A stretch of 63,040 nucleotides of DNA, counting the filler, from Lenisia limosa (taxonomy: Eukaryota > Protista > Breviatea), in assembly GCA_001655205.1 (NCBI GenBank). It is 8 parts of 8 records of this genome, joined end to end, with 100 filler letters (N's around TTAATTAATTAA, not from the genome) between each part and the next. Parts side by side here need not be neighbours in the genome. Positions count along the whole stretch, not along the records: positions 1 to 30,868 come from LPNZ01005009.1; 7 more parts are not named here. One strand, given 5' to 3'. Both the position numbers and the translations under genes were made by a program. The notes beneath the pieces are model-generated. The model did no database searches. It was not told the origin of the DNA and was given only the letters and a program-made list of their open reading frames with translations. Positions within the stretch are counted from its first letter, which is position 1, and every line of letters starts with the position of its first letter. Shown piece after piece: positions 13,901-26,899 of this stretch.

Positions 13901-16900
13901 CGCTAATCCTTTGTTTTGTAAATGAACACTTAAATCTGTGTGCACGGAGTTGTAAAACTAATTATTGGGTGGGTGAAATAACAGTTTACAAAGCCAATAT
14001 GATATTCTTTAGACATGAGTGTACACTTCGTCCATAATCTATCCAAGCCAACTCACATCGTCATCAGCCAAAATGAGCCCTGACCTCTGCAACAATCCAG
14101 GGAGCGGGTGTGGTTCAAGGGAAACCAAGCCTAAAATCCGTTATTTGAGGAAATGAGAAGAAACGCTGTTTTCGAAGCAGATTTGGGTTTCGTACTTATC
14201 AGTTTGATTACGCTGTTAAGAACATAAATTAGAGCGCAATGGCACTTTGTGCATGTTTTTATTGATGCCCCCTTTGAACAATAAGGTACTTATCCAGAAC
14301 AAAATTATTGAACAAACAAGACACCCAACCTACAATGCCCGTCCGCCTCTATTTCGGAGGACCTCCGAGGTACCACTCCAGGAATCTAACAGCGTGGTCA
14401 CCAAAGGGTGTTGTAAAAGCCCAATTGAAGCGCCAGTAGTTAACATCACAGAATTCGATCCCACCTGTTGGTGATACTGCCCTTGCGGTTGGTAGGGTAT
14501 CCTCAGCTCGTGAGCAACATTGTAAGCGCATTTAGTACTATTAGGTGAGTCTCATTTACTGTGTCATAATTCATCTGTTGCAATTATCAACCTCAATGGG
14601 CCGAAGTGAAGCCTTACTGCCCACCCCAAAGTATCGAAAATGACCTGGCAGAATTTGGTCCGTCCGGCCTGGTCGCTGGCGAGGGGCTGAAGAGATTAAT
14701 GTACCCATATTATCCTCAGTGAGGTTGAAATGGCAAAAAAGGCAACAAGCTCGAATTCCAACCATTAGAGCTCCAGACTTGGTTCCGGAAGTAACTTCTC
14801 TGAAGTTGGCAGGAAGCTTGATAAAGTACTTGCCATGCTCCCTATGTTATGCCGTCAGAGTCAACTCCCCTCTTCGTAGATTTTGGCTCAACCACCCCCT
14901 CAGGGAACGCATAGAAAGCCCCCCACATGAAGGTGGTCATGTCAAAGAGCTCTTCTGATTTGGGGACTATCAGAAGAAGCCGGTCCTGGATCGGCTTGAA
15001 GTTTGGATACTACAGAGAGTCAATGCAGCAACGAACAGTCTCAATGACAGGGATAGATGCATAATAGCCAATCCTGGCATAAAACCCAAAATAGAGAAAA
15101 ACATCATAGTTCCACACAATTGCCACAGCCTCCCACAACCCTTTGGACATCAACTAGAAGCTATCCATCGGGGGCCTAGCAGCCCCACAAACCACAGAGG
15201 AGCCCAAGGCTTGTTTGAAGACACAGGTAAGGAGGCTAATGAGAACCGAAAGTCTCGAGACTGGGACAAAACTCGGCTGCAGAGTGTGCCTCCATTCTGC
15301 AAATCAGATGAAAATTAAACTCTTATTAGGTTCTCCCATCTCTCAAAATCGATATTATCAGTCATGTGATCGATGGAAGGGCAATATATTATCAGTCATG
15401 TGATCGATGGAAGGGCAATAATTAGGGTTTCAATTCTGTCAAGAAAAGCCCCAATTTTGACAATTTTCGATAGTTTAGCGGTCTTTTGGGAACCGAAGAA
15501 AAGCTCTTCCAAAAATTATTATATTGAAAAGTGTATGCCTTATATCCAAAACTTATTTGACCGATGCAAGAGCTGAAAACGACTTCTCACCTTCAAAAGG
15601 ATCTTTGAGATCTGGTGCTCCCATCCACGGCAGGCTGTCTAACGGGAGGTTGTTATGATGGCGAGAAAAGCCGAACAAGAGAAAACCACCTACAAAGGTG
15701 GGCGAACACCATGCTGTCAATCACTCTAATCAAGGCATCCAAGGAAGCCTCATGAGCGCTGAATAATAAGCCAGGCTGCATTGAACAGCCGCAGAGGAAC
15801 TATTACACAGCCCCCTCTCACTCATCATTTGGCGGCCAAACAGGGGTGACAAGTGACAGCATTTTATCCGAATGCGACACACTTTCCTGGGGGGGAGGTG
15901 ACAAAAATATAGAAATGAACAATAAGACAAGGTAGGGTTTGGTGAAAAATGTTAACATAATACATATCATATAGTAAAACAAAAAAACAACAACAACCAC
16001 CCTATCAGCGTTTTAAAACGGTTAAAAGTACATGGATTTGGTATTTATAAGTTAGAATCTATTACAAAATCATTTTTATTCCACTGGTTATTAAGGTTTT
16101 GCAACTGATAACGTGTTGTTAGTTCACAACATTGATTATTTTGAAAACTTGTGATCATTCCTATTGAAACTATCACTTCCTTTCTTATTCGACTATGATA
16201 GTGTAAGGATATTGAGGTCGGTATATTGCAAGCCAGGATTGCAGTGTCAGGAGGACAACCATGTTGGACGATTGTATATAGGGTTAGAACCCATAACACC
16301 TACCCTTCATGGAGCCCTATTGTATATTGAAGAAACATATAGAGCCTAGTTTAGGAGTATAACCTGGGATGAAGAGGGTGGGCTCAAAAATATTTCAAAA
16401 GAGGAATTGTTATTCAATTTTTTTGTTAAATCTCAGTGAACTGAAATAGTCTCTTAACATCTTACGATATTAAAATTGTGTGATTATGTAATATGTTGCT
16501 GCTATCATTGTTTACATCCCTCATCATTAAACACACTGCTGCATTTAAGATTATTTTATGGCGCAATTTAATTGAAGAAAAGTGAGTTCAGCCTACCAGG
16601 TTAGACCGAGCAGATCGGACCATTTCGTTGACCTCCGCTTGTGACTTTCTGACAAGTAAGTTGGATTGTAAATATGGTAAAATTCTGTCATTTTCCACAT
16701 CATGTATATATGATACATTTGAGTTCACCAAAACATTACAATACAATATCTACGGATGCAAATGAATACAAAGAGCCCCCGATAGTTCGGCCTACGCAGC
16801 AGTAATTGACGGCAGCTGGACACTTTCACCAAATATCGGTAATGTATCCAAAACCAGCCTGGTGAAGTTGGGGGTACTCGAGAGGAACGGCTTTGAAATT

Positions 16901-19620
16901 TCCTGTGTCTATCAGGGGGAATTCAAGAATGGAGTGTGAGACGCCAGTATTGACTATTTATCTCATTAAGGAGAGAATACGAAAATAGCAACTAATAAAT
17001 ATCATATGATAAGGTTGGGCAAAGCCAATAATAACATTATTAACACAGGGCTTCCGTAGCCGCCCCTGTCTCACTTTGAGAACCGGACTGAGCGCCGCAG
17101 CAAAAACATGCGACAGAGGGTAGAAGGTAAACTCTTCATTCAGAAACTGCTCTAAAAATGACGAACCTAAATCAGTGTTGTTACTAAGACCAAAGGACTC
17201 GAGGTGGTTCAGATAACAGTGTTATCAAGGAGAATCAAATGTTTTCAAACAGAAAAACCCCACATATATTAGATGTGATCGACTCAGAATATTTATGATA
17301 TCCCAGCAACGATAAAAATAAGCAAGATTAGCATACAAAGCTCAACAGACGGACAAAATTGGAACAGGCCCTCCGATGCATCTTGCGCTGCCTGTGATGT
17401 CAGCGGCTTGGTCCTGTAATACACTGATCCAGATACTTTCTCCAATAATTTTGACAAGATAAATATTTGGTCTTATTCGGAATAAAAAACCCTGCTTTTT
17501 GTGATCGAGTTAGTCCAAGACCAACACTTTGTCTTTTCAATATGGCCTTTCTTCTTTTGTAAAGCGTGTCTCTGATCTGCAGAAGGTGAAACGAGAAAAT
17601 ATTGTAATATAGTTACGGACAAATACGGGGATAGTAGCATCGAAAAAGCGCCACCCCTTGCTATCAAATATTAAACCTGCAAATAGTGCAAATATGTTAG
17701 ATGGTACCACCTACTTCACTTTGTCTTTTCCACAAAGCAGCATGGATAGCTGTGTGATGTTCTAAAAGTTCTGCATCATTAGACCAAAGAGAAAAAAAGT
17801 CTTATAATATCATATGGCATTAGTATGTAATATATATAAGTATTATATGATATGATGTACTAAACACACAATACATACATATTGTATATTATATTATTAT
17901 ATAGTATCATATGATATAGTATAATATATCAAATAGTATATCATGTACATGTATACATATATGTACATATTGTGAATATTATGAAAAAGAAACCCTTCAC
18001 ACCCTTCACACTCATTTTTTTTTATTTTTAAGCACAGGATATCCAACTGGAACAAAAGCCACACCCCCTATGGTCATTATAGTATTCAACCCACTGTCTA
18101 TTCTTTGCAGATCAGCTTCACTGGACTTTGTCAGCGACTGAATTGAGTTAAAGAAATCCACAAGCTTTATGACAGAAATTTTAGTACTGCAAGAATAAAG
18201 ATTACAACCAGGGTTTCACTCATGTTTCATCAAGAATAATGTACAACAGCCCACATTCACATTATGTCATCTGTTTTAAATAAATAACACACTCAGGGAC
18301 AAACCTCTGCCTCCTTGCCATTTCGGTGCGGGAAGGCTTCTACTTTCAAATGCGGAACAAAAATGGCATCAACACTCTGCGATGATTAAAATTAACTTTT
18401 TCAAGAAGTATGTATGCCGGAAGAACAAACCTCAAATCCTTCGAATTGTCTTGGGTCTGTCACAAACAAGCAGTGCCCCTCATCTTGGTACGAAGGCGGT
18501 GTGTAGACAAAGGCGTCGTTGCTTTGTATGGCCTAAGATTATTTTTGAGTACTTAATCAATAAAGCAAATTTGAGTAAAAAAATATTGGTTCTGGCCTGT
18601 TTTGTCTGTTTTATCTATTCTCTCTCGTTTCTGTCCTTTTCTTTCTTCTTTGGCTAACTTTTAGAACAACACATTGTCATACATCCATATGAAAAATATT
18701 CACGACGAATTGTGCGAATAAATGTTTATTCTTACAAGAAGTTTTTTTTATTGTAACTCAAACTGAACTGTTAATGGATGAAAGAAAGGAGTGATTTTGC
18801 TTACTTTGAGGTTGTCGAGTTCCACAAGTTGGGGCTGCTTGGAGACAATATCGTATTCGTGCGGGGATTCTAATACAGTGAAATCACGTGCCAAAGATGA
18901 TTTTTGCCCTCTTCTTCATCGAAACGCAAAAAAGGTACAAAGCCGTGTAAGTCAATAAAATGTTCGTATAACACGTATATCATGTATATATTATCACTAA
19001 ATATAATCTACGACGATATGCATGGGGTCACAGACCAAGTAATTCATACACCGTCATATAAAAGGTTACGGATAATAATACTCTTTCCGAATTCTTTTCT
19101 TTGCAAAGAAAAGTACTGTTCTGACTGTCAGTCAATGGGGGGAAGTTAAATCACCAACATACCGCAGTTCTCGGACTTTAGTCTCTTGCCTTCTCTTTGG
19201 GGGTCATTGTCTAAACGGTGAGAGGGATTGCAGAAGAATGGTATCAATACATTTCTCTTCGCCAACGTCAAATTACATTATACTATTACGACAATAGACA
19301 ACAACAAGTTCAATATTTCTTGATAAGGAATATCTGGCCACCATGCACCCAGCGGGATAAAAATAAGTAAAAAGCAAATATGATATCCAAGACCCTAAAC
19401 AAGAAACAATCACACACACGTCCCCCTCCCTCCAAAGCTGCTGCCCATCCTCACCATCTGGCCTCCTTTTGTTGGTCGCATCCTCCTGGACATCAAGATC
19501 CATAGCCAACTCAGAGAAAGCGGCAATTCTGTAACAGGTAACCTGATCAGGTTGCAGTCATTGTCATCCAAATCCAAATACAAGGTTTCAAGATTTGAAG
19601 GTTTGATGTTTTTTTTTTTC
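4996..19620 (-). CDS. Very large multi-exon helical protein, tentatively Rod/KNTC1 (RZZ) or NBAS-like
   Basis: Dozens of open GT-AG exons on the minus strand, e.g. 11165-10910 IAANIPPTKQFVSSKADYYLELAKISFREKLPTCQAWVRYLAYFPNLSDFY... and ~17210-17070 LNHLESFGLSNNTDLGSSFLEQFLNEEF. The gene is well supported. The product call rests on weak collinear resemblance to remembered KNTC1 segments (GSSFLEQFLNEE vs SGSSWIEFLNNE; VTPVWPPN vs KANWPEN). Both ends are approximate. Confidence 0.45.
7564..7645. repeat. 26-bp tandem repeat, about 3 copies
   Basis: ATCGATATCAACATGCATGnAATGC(C/T) at 7564, 7590 and 7616. Confidence 0.9.
15352..15420. repeat. 34-bp tandem duplication
   Basis: ATATTATCAGTCATGTGATCGATGGAAGGGCAAT, 2 copies. 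Confidence 0.9.
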
Positions 19621-19838
19621 TTTCTTCGTGTTTTTGTTCTGGGTTGTTTGTTGTTGGGTTGTTGGCGGGAGACCAACGAGGTGACGGAAAGATCAATAGA
19701 TACCCCCCAGGGTTTCCTTTTTTGCTGAAGTTCGCTGGTGTGTCCGTGTGTCCCCCGTTTCTCATTTAAACAGGTTGATAGTGTATAATAATATAACTTA
19801 AGTAAAGTTAACATATTAGGAACGGGGATCACTGCACA

Positions 19839-21035
19839 ATGGGATTTGACACTGGTGAGTGTGCAATTAGTTGGTTTTCTTATACGTTTAGAGCCAAGCT
19901 CTTCACAGGCCCACTGGATTATATTCTACCCCCTTTTCATCAGAGGATCAGTGTCTATCAAGAATGGCAGAAAAGTCTCAACCGAGCATTGCCCTGTTGG
20001 AGGATTACTGTTTGGGTCTTGGGGTAACCATCAGCGTGTTTTGTCCATTTCCTTTCCTAATACCGTACTTGGCTGGACATTGTGAATGCACGAATGTCTT
20101 TTTTGTAATTTATTTTGACCACTTAGAAAAACCCAATGATTTCGGATATGTCCGAAGCTCTTAAGTCTCTATCAATTAGCCACATTATTGAGGTGAGGGG
20201 GCTATTGGGAGGTTTAGCCCTGGAAATGAGTTACGTTACGACCTATTGTCGGCTTCTTGCTGATAATCAATCTCTAATATAAGCCAATATAGTTTTTTTC
20301 ATTACGGAGGGGTGCATTTCCCCCCTCTCTCTTAAATTCTCTTCATACCTCCCCTCCTCGCGTGTGTATGGGTGCTACCAAGCAGTGAATAAAGTCGTTT
20401 TGAATGGATTTGAAAACCACTTTCTTGTTTTCTCTATTTTCGACACAGATAAACACAATAAAGCTTGAAATGGAATAAAAGGGGGATTTATCATCACCTC
20501 TTTTCTTCTGATTCAACAGGAGAAAACACACCCCTCAGATTTCTTCCATCCCGGTAGAATCCGGATTCGGCTTTTTGATGAAAATAAGAAGCCTCTACAT
20601 GATGACTATCCCAACAGTACGCTGGGTAATGATATTGTTCTTCAACGGGAAGCCCTAGTTTCCGGGGTATATGATGCAAATAGTGAGAAGAGAGAGAGTA
20701 ATGTTCACTCTTTGTGACTACTTTCTGAAGTCATAGTATTAGGTGCATAAGAAGATGTACTTTCTTCTTTTTTTCTGGAGGAGGGCTGGCTTGATCAGGG
20801 TCTTATCGAGATTTACCCAGAGTTTTTTTTGTTTGTGTTTGAACCAGTTTTGACTACTTGGAAACGTGATGTTTTATGAATACAGGAATGGCCATTTTCC
20901 GCCAAATCGGAAAGATGCTCAAAGAGAAGGAAGAAAAGCGTAAGCCTTGGCATGAGTTGTATTGGTAGACGTTTTACTTTGCTAATCTCTCTAGCGACAG
21001 TCATTGTGCAAAAGAAGAGAAAGAAGAAGAAGTAA
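19839..21035 (+). CDS. SRP19: Signal recognition particle 19 kDa protein
   Basis: Spliced: MGFDTEPSSSQAHWIIFYPLFIRGSVSIKNGRKVSTEHCP|KNPMISDMSEALKSLSISHIIE|EKTHPSDFFHPGRIRIRLFDENKKPLHDDYPN|RMAIFRQIGKMLKEKEEK|PTVIVQKKRKKKK*. Shows the SRP19 WI.IYP....GR and HP.D...GR.RV.L motifs plus the basic tail. Confidence 0.88.
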
Positions 21036-21412
21036 AGTTATTTTGAATAGAAGATGGGTTCAGTCAGCACTTTGTTATGGGGAAGTGTTGAAGGCTACGA
21101 ATTGCTTTCTTTATATGATATTTACTTTCTTATGAGGCTAGTTGGAGGCTAGTTGTGTTTTAATGTTGTCGTCCACTCTTTTACAACACATATTTGAAAG
21201 TTAGGGGTTTTTTTTAGGTAAAAGATTGGCGTCAATGACTGTGATTGTCAGGGATCTTTGAAATTTGGGATTTGCGTTACCCCCGAAACAAATAGCTTTT
21301 AAGAACAGTGACAAGAAAACAGCAAAAATAACCTGAACAACAACGTGTGAACAACAAGTGAACAACACAGCACAAAAGACAAAGAATTCTTTAACAACCA
21401 AAAACATTTGAA

Positions 21413-24400
21413 ATGAGGTTCTTCCTCCTCCTCATCCTCTCCGGTCTTCTTTCTTCTGTGATTGCAACGCAGTGTGGAGACCTTCTTGTTTTTGGTCTTT
21501 CCCTGAGTTTGCCGGATTCTGTTTGGAGGTTTTAATATCCCTTTGACAACTTAGATCTTGAAGAGTGGGAGTACCCAGATAGTAGCTCACAGCCTTGGGT
21601 GGATTATGTAGACTGCTGTAAATGGCATGGTGTTACTTGTGCCAGTAAGATGGGTCTAGTTATTTGGATTTAGACCTTCTTTTTTTTGACACGGACAGAT
21701 GGCGGGAATGGGAATGTGACCACGATTGACCTTGAAAATGTTGTTGGCCTCGCAGAGGTGTCATCAACAAGACCTACTTTGCACTCTCTCACCTCCCTCC
21801 AGTATGTGACTGCATCTGATCATAATAAAGAAGCTTTTTTGTATATTGAGATCAAAAGAAGTCCCTTAGCAAAACTTCAACATTACATCACCACACAGTT
21901 CGTTGACGCTTGAGAATGGCTTCCTTAAGGACATGCCCATTTTACCGGATGGTCTCAAATTTCTGAGAATGGATGGTGTTGGGTGGGCAGGGTGTATTCT
22001 TTCCTTTCTTCACGTTTTGATGCCCCATCTTCACAATGTGTTTATCTCGTGTTAATACTGTAGTCTCGACTCCATGAGCTCATTACCGAGCACGTTGACT
22101 ATTCTGGATATCTCGGGAAATGACGTGACTGAGGTGATTGGGCTGATATCTCGGGAAATGTCGAGCGTTGGATAATATGATTATTTTAAAAATGGATTAT
22201 TTGCGGGGAGTGATACGTCGAGCTTAGCTTTGGTTGTATCTATTTATCAAGGACTGGTCGTGAAATTCCGTTTTTTTGCAATAGAGGTTACGGTTTCACA
22301 ACAACATGCTCCTTAATAATGACCTGCAGCTGACATCGCTGCCTTCGACACTGATCGCGCTCAACGCCGAGTTCAACCCCCTCTCCTCCATGGTGCCCCT
22401 TAGCAGCCTGCCTAACCTTGTCAACCTCCATCTCTCACACACTCATTTGACTCAGGCGTTCATTGATGCTCGTTAGGGGGGGGGGGNNNNNNNNNNNNNN
22501 NNNNNNNNNNNNNNNNNNNNNNNNNNNNNNNNNNNNNNNNNNNNNNNNNNNNNNNNNNNNGCTTTGGGTGTCTGAGTGATGCTATTGCAAGTTAGTACCT
22601 TTCCGCGAAGCTGCTATTCCTATCATTAACTAACATTAGAAACCTTCCCTCCCAACCTCGAATCACTGGCGTTGGCCGCTTTGCAGCTGACCTCCGTGCC
22701 GACTTTACCTTCTGGTCTCTCAACAATCGACTTGAGCGACAATGACATCGACACTATCCCCAACCTTCCGAATGCTGTGTATGCCGAACAGTCTCGCATA
22801 TTTATATAATATTATATACAATAGGGTCTCATAGCAGTTCCCATTGCTGGGGAGGAATGTAGAAATAGTCACTATATTCGTATTGGGTGTAGAAATAGTC
22901 ACTAGATTTGTATTGGGTGTATTATTTTCGATGTGTTGTGTTTTCTCATGCCATTTTAGTTGACATTGTGCACTCATGGATTTAGCAACTTGTACTTAGC
23001 AGGAACATTGATCCATTCAACTGGGACGTTGGCAAACAGTTTGTGGGTATAACACAATTCAGTCCTTTTGTCTGACATGGATAATTCTTCCAACCAAATG
23101 GTAATCCTTTTGTCCCTATGTGACCACCCAGCCTTGAAACTTATCGATCTCTCCCGCACGCCCAAACTGCAGACCATCGAGCTTCCCGCCAACCTCCTCC
23201 ATCTCAAGCTCCAGGCTTCGGCCCTGAAAACCATGTCGTATCTTCCGAGCCACGTGGAGGTCATTGATATTTCGGGCACGCTTGTTACCAAAATTCCGAC
23301 TCTTCCAGACCACATCCTTGTTGGATGGGAGGGTCGTGTTGGGCTTTCAGACCATATCACTATTGGATGGGAGGGTCGTGTTGGGCATCCAGACCGCATC
23401 ATTGTTGGATGGGAGGGTCGTGTTGGGTCAGTTTTAAAAAGGCCTATGCCTCGAGACATTGATAAGTCCTGTTGTGATATTATTCATTGCGTGTGGATGG
23501 GTCAGGCAGATGGGCAGTTTCACTATCCAGACGTTCATCGCATCAAGTTGTGCACTTACGTCGTTCCCCACCCCGCCAACCACCCTGCTTCATTTGGACC
23601 TTTCCTCCAACGAATTGAAGGCCCTTCCTGACATGTCTCTTTGCAGCAATCTTTTTTACTTAAATGTAGCGGGAAACGAGGTTGGTGGGGTGGGCCATTT
23701 TAGTCTTGTTGCTTCGTCGAAGGTCTGATAATAACATCAGAATCTAACATTTTTTGCATGTTTCACCTTTTAGATTGAGAATCTCCCCACCATGCCCAAC
23801 TCACTTCGCCACCTTGACGCCCGCAGAAACTTCCTTTCGGTTCTCCCCGANNNNNNNNNNNNNNNNNNNNNNNNNNNNNNNNNNNNNNNNNNNNNNNNNN
23901 NNNNNNNNNNNNNNNNNNNNNNNNNNNNNNNNNNNNNNNNNNNNNNNNNNNNNNNNNNNNNNNNNNNNNNNCTGTGTTATATGGTTTTATCATATGTGTA
24001 CATATCATATATTATTATGCTATAATTTACCATAGCATATATAGTATTGCGATTGAGGTGAGAACCCTTTTTTATTCCACTGATACATTTATTTTCTCAC
24101 ATTATTCTCTTGACTTACCAGTACTTGAACATCGATAATAACAATTTCGAATCGCTGGGCAGTCTTCCCATTCGTCTCGAAGAACTCTACGCCTCTTCAA
24201 ATGAGTGGGTCCCCTTTGCGCTCACTGTCCCATTCTCTTTACCATTCAGATTGGATGATGCGGATTTCACTGAGCAAATCACTCTCCGTGTCGCTTATTT
24301 GGACCACAACTACCTCAACGAATTCCCCAAGTTCTCCTCTAATGTTGGTGGTGGAGGTGCTTTCTTGTTGTGTGTTTATGGCTGTCCCTCTCTCAGTACA

Positions 24401-26788
24401 AGGATCTGACCATTTTTCAGACAGTAGCAAACCCCATTAGCTAAATAGCATCCTAACCATCCTTGCCACTCACCCAGTAGTTGGAGGTCCTATCCATGCA
24501 GAATTGCTACCTCAACTCTGCTGATGACTTCACCGGAATCCCGAAAACTATCAAAACCCTCCGAATGGCACACAACACCATCCTGTCCCTCAAGGAGGTC
24601 GAGTTTCACGAAGGTTGGCATCAAGGCAGCAAAGATATTCTCTTGTTTTTTGGAATTGGTTGATTTTTGATTATCGATATTTACAATAGCAACCCCCCCC
24701 CCTCATACATTGCCAAAAACCAACCTGAGTTGTCAACTCACACGCACCCCTCATTGCATAAATCACGCACCCCAGGACTCATTGAGCTGGATATTGCCTC
24801 AAACGACATGGAGTTCATGCCACCCCGCCTGCCGACTACGCTCAAGTCTTTTGACGGCTCAAATAACGACTACAGGGGTATGTAGGCTGAAGTAATAACG
24901 ACTACAGTATGTTGGCTGAATAGTACACCCAGTTCAATTTGGGGCTGAACATATAATATAGTATATGATATATATATTATATTATACTACATGTATATAT
25001 ATACATGTAGTATATATTTTTTATATATCATATAGTACATATATATATATGATATGTATGTACATACGTAGTACCCCATACACACCAGATCCTCCTAACC
25101 ATTCCTAGGCGATCTCCCCGTGAACCTTGTCGACATTTCGATGTCCATGACCAAGTGTGATCTGTCCCATAATCACTTCGACTGGTGAGTCCTGTCTCAT
25201 AGTGGCTTCATTTTGCCCCAAATGTAACCTGAATATGAATATTATGACGTCCATCCATTACTGATGGTTTAGCCCGAGTGATATTGACTGGGCAGTGTCT
25301 GTCTGTCTCCTCTGTGAAGGTTTGTTGTCATGCCGATTCGAGACCTGCAGTTCAATGGCTTGAAGTATCCAGTCTCACTTCTTCAGGGAACACAGACCCA
25401 GCCGACCCTGTTGATCCGAATGCCAACGATCCAAAGAAACACCCAAGGTTGGCTTTCATTACAAGCATCTGGGCATCGTATCCTTACTGCTATCATACTT
25501 GATAAATCGATTGACACACGTGAATCTCTCTTCGTATCCATTCCACCCAAACATCTAAGTCATTGACATTTTAGTACTTCAACCACAGTTGAGGACACGG
25601 AGAAGGAAGACAATGTAGGGGGGGTCAACTGCATTGCCATTACACCTCTCCACCGTATAATATTACTTTTTTTTTAGTATTAATTGTGTTTTTTATTGCA
25701 TACACAAATATATATTTGCTATAATATATATTGCATATATTTTTGTGTCTTTTTCTCAAGATATTGTTTATTGACCTCAAAGGCCTTCGCCATTCGGGTG
25801 CTGATATTTGCCACAGCCGCTTCTTTGGGTATCGCACTAATCTGCGCAGTGAAGGCTAAAAAGGTCAGCTTTTCTTATCAAAGAGCAGGGAGCGAGGGCT
25901 GCGAATGAGCAAATCGGTTGTTAATATCGTAACGGAATGCAGGCAAAATCGACAGCTTTCTTTCATTTTTCTTTGTTGCCTCGTGTGTGCCACAAGGTTC
26001 TACATTACTCAATATTCGTGTTTGCCACTTATCCCCCTCTGACATTGCAGGCACCAAGCCGTCCTGCCGCCTACCAACTAATGACCGATGTCAATGAGCC
26101 GAATGACTATGTTCCGCCTACTGTCACAGTAGGGGGAAGGAATTCATGATGACAATACAATGAGGGTGAAGAATTTTTTCTTGGTTGAACTTTGGCTGGA
26201 AATGAAATTCAATTAACATTTCTTACAAACATGGTTTCTCATGGCATTGCTCCACTGTTCATTCCGATTCAGACTGCTGAACCAGTGACCATTTCCGAGC
26301 CTGCCGACTTGAGCCAGGAGGCCTATGTCCCACCATGTGAGGGACATTCCTCCCTTTTGGGCTGTTTCTCAATTTCTCATTTGGCATATCTTTGACGTTT
26401 TGCACTAAGCCCATTTTGCCACTGTTCACCCTACAGCCACGCAAGACACCACCCCAATGGAGCCCAAGGAAGAAGCCGTGGAGGACCTCATTTCCACCAG
26501 TCCGGTCCAGGAGCCGGTACTCTCTGAGCCCACTGACTCTTTGGAGGAATCGAAAAAGGTTGCTGGGTTATTTGGTGAAAGTAAACTTTTTGAACTACAG
26601 TTGAGAGGTGTTGATTTGTTTCACAGGTTCGGATTTATTCTTTCTTGGCAGCCTGGTCCTGATGAAACAGGATATTGTGTTTGTATCTTAACCTCTCTGT
26701 TCTTCGTCCCCTTATTATGCAGGCACCAAGTCGTACGTTCGAGTCGGATAGTGACGACAAGGAAAGCGATGATGATGCTGACAACTGA
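21413..26788 (+). CDS. Leucine-rich-repeat type I membrane (receptor-like) protein without kinase domain
   Basis: Signal peptide MRFFLLLILSGLLSSVIA; cap DCCKWHGVTC (~21610-21642); many LxxLxLxxNxL exons (LTILDISGN, LLHLDLSSNELKALP, LIELDIASNDMEFMP); TM helix AFAIRVLIFATAASLGIALICAVKAKK (~25783-25863); acidic tail ending ESDSDDKESDDDADN* at 26788. Confidence 0.85.
23306..23427. repeat. 42-bp tandem repeat, 3 copies
   Basis: CAGACCxxATCxxTxTTGGATGGGAGGGTCGTGTTGGG units start at 23306, 23348 and 23390. Confidence 0.9.
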
Positions 26789-26899
26789 GGGTATTTCTAT
26801 AATGTACAGGCCGGGGTTTATGCCTAGAGTTCTGGGGAATAAATAGCACAAGGTTTGAGAGATTTCAACGAAATACATTCCAATGGATAGACATGCTCA

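Noticed and set aside
23306-23427. CRISPR array (42-bp repeats, or the dispersed MITE copies)
   Set aside because: The repeats are contiguous with no unique spacers, the context is eukaryotic and intronic, and no cas genes are present.
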